DNA of 64,000 nucleotides from a virus (taxonomy: Duplodnaviria; Caudoviricetes): positions 18,573 to 82,572 of IMG/VR virus record IMGVR_UViG_3300020440_000010. The stretch is one strand, 5' to 3'. The position numbers were made by a program, and so were the translations under genes. Below are positions 9,986 to 17,369 of the stretch, one piece after another (the stretch's first letter is position 1; each line of letters begins with the position of its first letter). The notes beneath the pieces are model-generated. The model saw only the letters and a list, made by a program, of their open reading frames with translations, was not told where the DNA came from and searched no databases.

Positions 9986-10232
9986 GAGCCTTACCTTTCC
10001 AAGTTGCTACACGTTTACCTCTCATGTAATGATCTCCAGGTTCATAAGAAGCCTTTTTATCGCGGTATTTTTCTAATCTAATAATTGCCGCTTTGCGAGT
10101 GTTACTTAACTTGGCTTTCTCTAGCATTAAAACTTTTGCTTGTTCATATAAACCTTGTTGTGCTAAATTGGCCGCCGCACGAGCATAACCCATTTGTGTT
10201 AAAGTATTTTTTATTCTTTGCCATATCAACAT
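9978..10232 (-). CDS. Small basic protein (MGYARAAANLAQQG motif)
   Basis: AGGAG SD; 84 aa. Confidence 0.7.
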   Translation of the reverse strand: MLIWQRIKNTLTQMGYARAAANLAQQGLYEQAKVLMLEKAKLSNTRKAAIIRLEKYRDKKASYEPGDHYMRGKRVATWKGKAHA

Positions 10233-10244
10233 TTTATCTCTCCT

Positions 10245-10427
10245 TTATCTGTAATATGCTTGTTTCTTTTGGAAGATTCCACCACCAATGTGTGATACCT
10301 TCCCGTGTTGGAGAAGTCGTTGGCGACGCTCCAAGTCAACAAGATCAACAGACTGAGACAGCCAACGTTCTTCGGGGCTGACAGTTGATTTTGCCAAAAG
10401 TTTTTTAAAGTAATTAAGAAGTCGCAT
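10245..10427 (-). CDS. DUF3563-like small protein
   Basis: EERWLSQSVDLVDLERRQRLL resembles the DUF3563 core (YL..A.D..DLE.R.R); AGGAGG SD; TAATG coupling. Confidence 0.55.
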   Translation of the reverse strand: MRLLNYFKKLLAKSTVSPEERWLSQSVDLVDLERRQRLLQHGKVSHIGGGIFQKKQAYYR

Positions 10428-10630
10428 TATGCTACCTCCTTTGTAGGCTTTGTCCAACCATTTAACTCGCTATGAGTTGGCGCCCTACCATTGTGATCTA
10501 ACATGAATTGATAAGCATATTGCCAATCATTCTTGTATTCAGTTCTGGCCCATGTGTATAGATCGTTACGAAACCTTTTACCGGCTCCGCATTTCATCCA
10601 AGACACTAGACCACTTATTAAGTGGTTCAT
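10427..10630 (-). CDS. Hypothetical protein, first gene of the small-protein operon
   Basis: AGGAG SD directly after the structured leader. Confidence 0.7.
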   Translation of the reverse strand: MNHLISGLVSWMKCGAGKRFRNDLYTWARTEYKNDWQYAYQFMLDHNGRAPTHSELNGWTKPTKEVA

Positions 10631-10631
10631 T

Positions 10632-10838
10632 TTTTTCTCCTATGTATTGGATGCTTAAGGAAAGCAATACCCCCTGTCTTTTCAGGGCGTCAGTGGTCTT
10701 TTCCACCGTCAATGCCACTTTGGGCATCGTCAATTGCTGTTTAAGGAGTGCTCTCAACTCCCCAGTCTCTCCTGGTGTATGTGTGTGTCGTAGTTGTCAG
10801 GCCTCTACTGGAACGTAAAAGTCTTTGCACTGCAACAT
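10632..10838 (-). ncRNA. Structured ~200-nt 5' leader RNA (unassigned motif)
   Basis: Closing stems CTTAA/TTAAG and AGCAAT/ATTGCT enclose three hairpins, each preceded by TGACG; two more hairpins upstream. Confidence 0.7.
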
Positions 10839-10841
10839 TCG

Positions 10842-10882
10842 TATTTATATACTACTATAACATTTCGCCTTAAAAAGGTCAA
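10842..10882 (-). promoter_or_regulatory. Tandem early (sigma70) and late (TATAAATA) promoter
   Basis: TTGACC-17-TATAGT followed by TATAAATA on the minus strand. Confidence 0.7.
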
Positions 10883-10966
10883 GTTTTTATTTGAGAGGAT
10901 GTGTTAAATTTTTTTTACAATTATTATAAAGGAGTTTTATTTTGCGATGATAAGTTCTAAATAATT

Positions 10967-11218
10967 GTGACTATGATGGACAAAAAGAAATGGCGAGCAA
11001 CTAAACGTAAGGCTCCTAAAGTGCCTGACGATACTTGTCCAATTATTGACGGTGTGTTAGATAGACTTGATGCTATACACAAAGGAAACAAAAAGCACAC
11101 ACAATTTCAACACGATCAAATAATCAAGAAAATGGAACAGATTAGAAAAGCCAACGAACAGTTACGTGAAAGCGGACACTATTGGTATGATTTGGCAAAA
11201 AGATTCCTTAAACCTTAA
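10967..11218 (+). CDS. Hypothetical protein
   Basis: 83-aa ORF after CTAAATA. Confidence 0.6.
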   Translation: MTMMDKKKWRATKRKAPKVPDDTCPIIDGVLDRLDAIHKGNKKHTQFQHDQIIKKMEQIRKANEQLRESGHYWYDLAKRFLKP

Positions 11219-11291
11219 CGTCTTGTTCATTGTGTGTTCATCGCCAATATGCTATATACTATTATAATATTAACCTTAACTGGAGATTGCA

Positions 11292-11369
11292 ATGGCTTGG
11301 ACAAAACCAATCATTACACAAATCTGTGTTGGCTTAGAAATTAATTCTTATGCCTGTGCAGAAAAATAG
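11292..11369 (+). CDS. pqqA: PQQ precursor peptide PqqA, MAWTKPIITQICVGLEINSYACAEK (not in track)
   Basis: GGAGA SD at 11282-11286; M.W.KP N-terminus and G.E(I/V)..Y (ExxxY) core characteristic of PqqA. Confidence 0.88.
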   Translation: MAWTKPIITQICVGLEINSYACAEK

Positions 11370-11397
11370 TTGACAATTTTGTTATAGATAGTATACT
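11370..11397 (+). promoter_or_regulatory. Sigma70-type promoter
   Basis: TTGACA-16-TATACT. Confidence 0.6.
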
Positions 11398-11419
11398 AAA
11401 ATTGTAATATTATTTTAAC

Positions 11420-11450
11420 GGAGCCAACCTTAGGGAAGGCTCCTTTTTTT
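11420..11450 (+). terminator. Intrinsic terminator downstream of pqqA
   Basis: GGAGCC-aaccttagggaa-GGCTCC-T7. Confidence 0.75.
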
Positions 11451-11465
11451 ATGAAAGGAGTTGTT

Positions 11466-11666
11466 ATGCATAGTACAAAACAATCAATGGACTGGCATAT
11501 ACAAGAAGTTTTAACCTGTGAACTGTTACGAGTAGATCCTAATAATGAAATGCTTGAAAAGTTTTTGGGTATGCAAAATCATTTTGGTGCAGAAATGCGT
11601 AAAATAAAAAAGTTTTATGAAGAACAAGGTAAATGGCCGCCTAGAGAGCCTGGGAGTTTATGCTAA
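11466..11666 (+). CDS. Hypothetical protein
   Basis: AAGGAG SD before ATG 11466. Confidence 0.65.
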   Translation: MHSTKQSMDWHIQEVLTCELLRVDPNNEMLEKFLGMQNHFGAEMRKIKKFYEEQGKWPPREPGSLC

Positions 11667-11854
11667 TGAAAACTTATACTTTAGAATTTGTGTTGTTTGG
11701 CTGGTTGGCTTATAACATAGCAATAGAAATAGTAAGTTGGTTTGAGCCAGAAGATGAACTACAAGCACCTACGCCTGTGGAAATGTCTCCTGCACAGCAA
11801 ATACTAGAAGGTGGTACTGACTATCCTATTACTGAGGAAAACTCCACAAGTTAA
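11660..11854 (+). CDS. Small membrane protein
   Basis: N-terminal hydrophobic segment. Confidence 0.55.
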   Translation: MLMKTYTLEFVLFGWLAYNIAIEIVSWFEPEDELQAPTPVEMSPAQQILEGGTDYPITEENSTS

Positions 11855-12654
11855 ATCTGTGGAGTTTCTAAACCGTCAACTAACTTTTTGATGTGTGTCA
11901 CATAGTCACCTATGTTATGATCAGTAAAGTTATCTATCTTACCTTTTTTCAACCCACGCCACATACCACGGAATCTGTCTTTGATTCTTTGGTATCCGGT
12001 TGGATTACGTTTGTTACCCCAAGTATTTAGATAATGTTCTGTGCCGTGATGTCGATATCCCATTATCCATAACGGCACTCTACATACTATATCATTATTG
12101 TTTACCCATCTGTGATGTGTGATACCAAGGCTACTTACATATCCTGGCCAACCCACTCTTGGCGAGCCATATGTGTAAAGTTCCTTAGGATCTAGTGTAT
12201 CTAAATGTAACAAACATCTCGAAGCCATTATAGTTGCCATTGCCGCTCCTAATGAGTGTCCACAAAACCAAAGGTCTTTTTTAGCATTTACAGATCTAAA
12301 TAAATCTTCAGTGATTGATGGCCAAAGTTCATCTACTTCTGTTTTAAATCCTGCATGGACTCTGCTTACAGTCTCAGCAATTACAGGCAGTGCATTTGCA
12401 TCTGCTTGAATGTCATTGTATTCTGTTGGTTGTGTTCCTCTACAAGCAATTACTATATCATTTTTGTTCATGAATCTGTAACTCTGAGCACCTTTGTTAT
12501 CGTAATACTCAACTGTGGTAAAGCCTAACAGTCTTGCTTGTTTGTGTGCTTTATCCTCTTTTAGGTATGATATCATACTCAATTCAGCAAAAAGCAAACT
12601 TCTTTCTTCGAAAGATAGTTCTACTATTGGTTTTTTTAACTTTGCACTATACAT
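11851..12654 (-). CDS. Lipase class 3 family alpha/beta hydrolase
   Basis: CGHSLGAAMA (GxSxG), YTYGSPRVG, RWVNNNDIVCRVP, C-terminal DH. Confidence 0.88.
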   Translation of the reverse strand: MYSAKLKKPIVELSFEERSLLFAELSMISYLKEDKAHKQARLLGFTTVEYYDNKGAQSYRFMNKNDIVIACRGTQPTEYNDIQADANALPVIAETVSRVHAGFKTEVDELWPSITEDLFRSVNAKKDLWFCGHSLGAAMATIMASRCLLHLDTLDPKELYTYGSPRVGWPGYVSSLGITHHRWVNNNDIVCRVPLWIMGYRHHGTEHYLNTWGNKRNPTGYQRIKDRFRGMWRGLKKGKIDNFTDHNIGDYVTHIKKLVDGLETPQI

Positions 12655-12720
12655 TGTACCTCCGCGTTCTCTTTACAATATTTACCTGCTATTTCTAATA
12701 AATATTAGAGAGGTAGTTAG

Positions 12721-12981
12721 ATGAAACGCACAACACGAAGTATATTACAAGAATTACATGATATTCAGGCCAAACCCGAGCCTGAAAATGTGGTTGACAG
12801 CAGAGCAGTTCATGTTATAGAATCAGCAATAAATGTTATTGCTATGATGCATGAAAACTTTGATAATGCTACTGCTAATGATTTGGAGAAGAGATTCATC
12901 AACAGTATAAAAAGTGGTGATCCACAGAAATTTGCTCGTGGCATTAAAAATATAAAAAAGGGCAAACCAGATGCAATTTAA
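12721..12981 (+). CDS. Hypothetical late protein
   Basis: ATAAATA at 12698 and GAGG SD. Confidence 0.7.
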   Translation: MKRTTRSILQELHDIQAKPEPENVVDSRAVHVIESAINVIAMMHENFDNATANDLEKRFINSIKSGDPQKFARGIKNIKKGKPDAI

Positions 12982-14197
12982 AGAACTAATAGCAGAAGAA
13001 GCCAAACAAAATAAACACCTAGAACACATCGAAGAAGAAATTCTCAATAGAGGATCTGCCGGTGCTGAAGATACAATGAATACTTTGATGCGTTTTTCAG
13101 ATATGCTAAAAGGTAGATCCAATAAAAAATTAAAAGTTACAGTTAAATGGGACGGTGCACCTGCAATAGTGTGTGGTACTGATCCGCAAACAAAAAAATT
13201 TTTCGTAAGCACAAAAGGAGCATTTGCTAACAAACCTAAATTAGCATTTACACAAGAAGATATAGAAAGTATCTTTCCAGACTACCTATGGGATAAATTA
13301 GGTCCATGTTTAGAACACTTATCTAAGTTAGGCATCAAAGGCGTTGTACAAGGCGATCTTATGTTTAATGAAGAAATGAAAAAAGAAACAGAAATAGATG
13401 GCAAACAGTACGTGGTATTCAAACCACAAAAAATTACATACGCATTTCCAATAGACAGTGAAGTAGGCAGACGTATAGTCAACGCAAAGTTAGGAATTAT
13501 TTTTCATACAAATTATACAGGCGATGCTATGAATGACATGGAGGCAGATTTTAACGTAGATGTTTCAGGTTTTAAAAACAACAAAGATGTTTGGTTTGAC
13601 GATGCAACATTTAAAGATGTGACTGGCAGTGTCTTACTTACAAAAAGTGAACAAGTTCAAGTGAAACAAGATTTGGCTGACGCAATGGCGGCCTATAAGG
13701 CTGTACCAAGCGACTTATTAGAAGCAGTAAAAAACAATAAAGATTTCGTGGTGTACTGGAAACGTACAGTTAACGATTATGTAAGGGCAAACAAACTACC
13801 TGGGGATCCTGATCAGTTCTTAAACGATTTCATCGATGTGTATAAGAATGTTATTCAGAAAGGAATTGCTGGATTAAAAAATCAGGATCCTGCCGCCCCT
13901 GCTGTAAAATCTAGAATGGACAAACTTGAAACACAAGTAAACCTAGTCAACGCAAATAGAAAAGGCCTAGCAAACATTATTAGATTTATGAAAGAAGTTT
14001 CTAATATTAAGTTGATGTTTATTAGAAAACTTAATAATATTGAAAGTGTAGCACAGTTCTACCAAGAGCCAGATGGATCATATACTGCGGCTAATCCAGA
14101 AGGATATGTTGCTGTTGATCATATAGGAAATGCTGTTAAATTTGTAGATAGATTAGAATTTAGCAGACGTAACTTTGGTGAAAAGGACTTTGGCTAA
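12971..14197 (+). CDS. DUF6267-like protein with ligase-type nucleotidyltransferase motifs
   Basis: KHLEHIEE, TVKWDGAP (KxDG), VQGDLM, PEGYV, KFVDR; conserved family in large marine T4-like phages. Confidence 0.65.
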   Translation: MQFKELIAEEAKQNKHLEHIEEEILNRGSAGAEDTMNTLMRFSDMLKGRSNKKLKVTVKWDGAPAIVCGTDPQTKKFFVSTKGAFANKPKLAFTQEDIESIFPDYLWDKLGPCLEHLSKLGIKGVVQGDLMFNEEMKKETEIDGKQYVVFKPQKITYAFPIDSEVGRRIVNAKLGIIFHTNYTGDAMNDMEADFNVDVSGFKNNKDVWFDDATFKDVTGSVLLTKSEQVQVKQDLADAMAAYKAVPSDLLEAVKNNKDFVVYWKRTVNDYVRANKLPGDPDQFLNDFIDVYKNVIQKGIAGLKNQDPAAPAVKSRMDKLETQVNLVNANRKGLANIIRFMKEVSNIKLMFIRKLNNIESVAQFYQEPDGSYTAANPEGYVAVDHIGNAVKFVDRLEFSRRNFGEKDFG

Positions 14198-15078
14198 TGA
14201 GCGAATTTAAGTTCTTTGATTATATAAGCGAAGGCAAATTAGTTCGCAACGATAGTTTACAACGCATGACATACACAGATGTCTGTGATTTAATTCTATT
14301 ATATTTTCTTGCTTTACAAACTATGCGTTTTTATCCAAGCAGTAGGAAATACGTACAGAATTATACCAAAGAAGTGTTGAAATGGAATGATTGGCATTAT
14401 CATAGAATGAGCGGTAATGACTTGTACAACTTATTAAACATTGTAGATGGTGAAGATAGATTAATAGACAAATTAAAAAATCCTAGCAGTGCAAAAACAC
14501 TAAGGCAAAGAACATATTTTCCTACCCTTGCTTGTAAAAGATTATTGAGAGATATGAGCAACGGTAAGAATCCTAGTTCAAGTGATGCAAGTGAATTAAT
14601 GAAAATAAACAATGCACTAAAAAATAGCAAATACAATTCACAGAGAAGAAGTGTTGCGAATTTTAATACACTATCTAATCAGGATAGAAAGAAAACAATT
14701 ACAGAAATAGAAATAAGTTTAAAAGCAAGAGGTAGAACTAGTGATCTACTTGACTATTACATAATGTTTGTTACAGCATATGATCTAGAAAGCGACAGAG
14801 CAGTTGATAGAGAGCCAGTGGTAAGTGTTCCTGATCCTATTGAAGCAGATGTGAAAGATATTAATATGCTAAGGTTACTAGGAGTGCCGACTAAAGATTT
14901 ACCATTTGCCTACAAAGTTTTAAGCCTAGCATCGCGTGGCATGGCAATACCTCCTAGGTTTGCAACAGCCTATAAACCTATCATGCAAATAGTAGATGAT
15001 ATTGTAAAAGCAGGTCCGGGATACGTAAATCTATTTAAACAAGTGCATAAAAGAGCACAATCTGCCAGAAATCGCTAA
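14197..15078 (+). CDS. Hypothetical (probable head-associated) protein
   Basis: 293 aa, coupled to the upstream gene. Confidence 0.65.
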   Translation: MSEFKFFDYISEGKLVRNDSLQRMTYTDVCDLILLYFLALQTMRFYPSSRKYVQNYTKEVLKWNDWHYHRMSGNDLYNLLNIVDGEDRLIDKLKNPSSAKTLRQRTYFPTLACKRLLRDMSNGKNPSSSDASELMKINNALKNSKYNSQRRSVANFNTLSNQDRKKTITEIEISLKARGRTSDLLDYYIMFVTAYDLESDRAVDREPVVSVPDPIEADVKDINMLRLLGVPTKDLPFAYKVLSLASRGMAIPPRFATAYKPIMQIVDDIVKAGPGYVNLFKQVHKRAQSARNR

Positions 15079-15184
15079 AAATCATTATATTATCGGTTTT
15101 TTCTTTCTACCATCTTATAAATACTATTAAGATTACCTACTGAGCGTAGGAATCGGTCATAAGAGTAAACAAAGGAGAAATAAA

Positions 15185-15571
15185 ATGGCTGGAATCACAA
15201 AAACAAATCCAAAAGTAGCGGATATCATTGGTGAATTAAGAGCATGGGGTAAAGAAGTTACTATGTTAGCAGTAGACTTCAACGTTGATGCTGATGGTTC
15301 AACTTTGGCAATGGAAGCGGCTTTAAATCAAATCTCAAGATACGGAAATATCGTAATGGCTGGTGCTGTATACGGTACAGGTCAACAAATTGACTTGATC
15401 ATCGAAGGCGACCTTGCTGGATCTGATTACGTATCTGCTGATGGTACAGTAACTGGTACAGTTGCACAGGCAATGGCAGAAGACCTAATAAACTTAGGTA
15501 CTGTTGATGGCGTTAACTTTGCAACAGGTACACCTGCTGTAACTATCAAATCAACTTTACAATTTGCGTAA
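15185..15571 (+). CDS. Probable abundant virion structural protein
   Basis: Own TATAAATA promoter (15116), AAGGAG SD, strong terminator, Ala/Gly/Thr/Val-rich. Confidence 0.6.
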   Translation: MAGITKTNPKVADIIGELRAWGKEVTMLAVDFNVDADGSTLAMEAALNQISRYGNIVMAGAVYGTGQQIDLIIEGDLAGSDYVSADGTVTGTVAQAMAEDLINLGTVDGVNFATGTPAVTIKSTLQFA

Positions 15572-15600
15572 TTTTTAATTACCGAATTGGTTACACTAAA

Positions 15601-15630
15601 GGGCGATCATTTATTGGTCGCCCTTTTTTT
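15601..15630 (+). terminator. Intrinsic terminator
   Basis: GGGCGATCA-tttat-TGGTCGCCC-T7. Confidence 0.85.
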
Positions 15631-15649
15631 ATGGCCACTAAATATTTGT

Positions 15650-16060
15650 ATGCGTATAGTAATAGAAACTCTTGTAGATATAACAAAGTCAGGTGTGAAA
15701 CGTAAAGGTCAGGGCGACGATGTCAAATTGGCTCAGCAAAGCAATTTCAATACCATGCAACAGGTTATTAATATGAGAAGTTTAATAAACGAGAACAGTG
15801 ATCCTTTTATAACTACAAAGGACATTACAGGGCAATTTGGTAACAAATACAAGGGAGAACACAAAGTTTGGACCTATGAATTTACCATTGACAGAGACGG
15901 TGTATATGCTACTGATAATGACGATGCAGGACTACTAAAAGAAGACTTTCAAGGTATACCTATAATAGGCGGACTTACAGAAACAGTGAGTAAACCTAGC
16001 ACATTTAAGGTAAAAGGTACTACCGATAAAAATACGTTAATCCAAATATTTGATAAATAA
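15650..16060 (+). CDS. Hypothetical late protein
   Basis: CTAAATA-5 nt-ATG at 15650; the track start lies within the terminator region. Confidence 0.7.
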   Translation: MRIVIETLVDITKSGVKRKGQGDDVKLAQQSNFNTMQQVINMRSLINENSDPFITTKDITGQFGNKYKGEHKVWTYEFTIDRDGVYATDNDDAGLLKEDFQGIPIIGGLTETVSKPSTFKVKGTTDKNTLIQIFDK

Positions 16061-16138
16061 ATTTGTAAAGGCAAAAAGCAAGGCAATCATAGGCTCCAAC
16101 GATAATTACCTCTGAGCGAGGATATGGAGAATGATATA

Positions 16139-16372
16139 ATGGCAACGGCCAATATAGAAAAAGAAAATTTAGAAGCACACGTAGAACTTTGTCAGCAAAG
16201 GTACGAAGTGCTAGAAAGAAGACTAGGTGGAGTTGAATCTAAGGTTCAGCACATACATGATGACCTAGGCAAATCCCACTCTTCACTGGTAAAAGTGATT
16301 ATTGGTTCTGCAGGAACAATCATTGCAGGACTTCTTTCAACAATCGTAGTAATACTCATCAACACACAATAG
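16139..16372 (+). CDS. Coiled-coil + C-terminal TM small protein
   Basis: LEAHVELCQQRYEVLERRL followed by a hydrophobic C-terminus; GGAGA SD. Confidence 0.65.
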   Translation: MATANIEKENLEAHVELCQQRYEVLERRLGGVESKVQHIHDDLGKSHSSLVKVIIGSAGTIIAGLLSTIVVILINTQ

Positions 16373-16386
16373 TACTAAATAGTAGT

Positions 16387-16665
16387 ATGAGACTACTAGA
16401 ACTTTTTAATGACCTTACGGAGAAGCAGATCTGGGGACGCACAGGTAAAAAACTAGTGCGTAAGTACAGATGTATGGGTGGTAAACGTCATGGACGTATT
16501 GTTTCAAACCCTGCACAATGTTTTGCTCCACCTAACATTCAACAGAAAATTAGAATGAAGATTACTAGAAAGAAACTAGGTAAAAGAATGGCTATGAGAT
16601 CTAGACGTACAAAACGTACTAATCCAGCAAGTAGAGCCTTAAAGCATTTGAATAGAAGAAAATGA
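16387..16665 (+). CDS. Highly basic protein (paralogue 1)
   Basis: RKYRCMGGKRHGRIVSNPAQCFAP; very K/R-rich. Confidence 0.7.
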   Translation: MRLLELFNDLTEKQIWGRTGKKLVRKYRCMGGKRHGRIVSNPAQCFAPPNIQQKIRMKITRKKLGKRMAMRSRRTKRTNPASRALKHLNRRK

Positions 16666-16994
16666 AGATAGCAGAGTTATTTGAAGCAGATACAATTTTC
16701 AAACGTGGTGGCGGTTCAGGCGGAACACGTAAAGGTAAAGTGCAATCACGTAAGTTTCGTTGCATGAGTGGTCCACGTAAAGGACGTATTGTTGCAAACG
16801 TAAGTACCTGTCATGCGCCTATTAAAGCAAGTGCTAAACAAAGAATGACAGTTACCAGAGCAAGAGCACCTAAAAAAGCATCATGGAAAGCAAAACTAAC
16901 TAAAAAAGGATCTGGTGTAAGTAGAACAGTTGCAAACTTAAATAAAGCAAAAGGTAGTTTGAAACCTAGAAAGATAAAGAAGGCAAGAGCATGA
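16662..16994 (+). CDS. Highly basic protein (paralogue 2)
   Basis: RKFRCMSGPRKGRIVANVSTCHAP. Confidence 0.7.
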   Translation: MKIAELFEADTIFKRGGGSGGTRKGKVQSRKFRCMSGPRKGRIVANVSTCHAPIKASAKQRMTVTRARAPKKASWKAKLTKKGSGVSRTVANLNKAKGSLKPRKIKKARA

Positions 16995-17350
16995 AGATAG
17001 TAGAAATAGCACCCATGGCAGTATCAGCCAAGAAAGCCATGGATCTTAAAAAGATAGCAACCGCCCAGGCTGATGGCCAAAAAACAACTGCTCAAGGATC
17101 TACAGGTACAACTGGTACAGTTAAGCCGGGTGATACAATTGGTAGAAATACTTCTACAAACCAAAATCAAATGGATTTTGTTAGAGGTGATGAATTAGAT
17201 ATACCTAATGTTGATAATCCAAACAAGCCTGAAAAGTATAAAGTACAAGCAGTGACTGGTAATGATGTTGAACTAGTACCAAAACAGAACAAGCCTGGTA
17301 TTCCAAAGAGTATTAAGTTTAAGAAGTCAGATCTGCCCAAGACAGTTTAA
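16991..17350 (+). CDS. Hypothetical protein
   Basis: ATGA-coupled ORF. Confidence 0.65.
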   Translation: MKIVEIAPMAVSAKKAMDLKKIATAQADGQKTTAQGSTGTTGTVKPGDTIGRNTSTNQNQMDFVRGDELDIPNVDNPNKPEKYKVQAVTGNDVELVPKQNKPGIPKSIKFKKSDLPKTV

Positions 17351-17369
17351 AAATCCTTTAATTAATAGT

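Noticed and set aside
10632-10838. Cobalamin, SAM-II/V or glycine riboswitch for the structured leader
   Set aside because: The conserved cores of these classes (e.g. B12 box GGGAA...GCCACTG, glycine GGA..GA/CTCAGG pairs) are not present in the right order.
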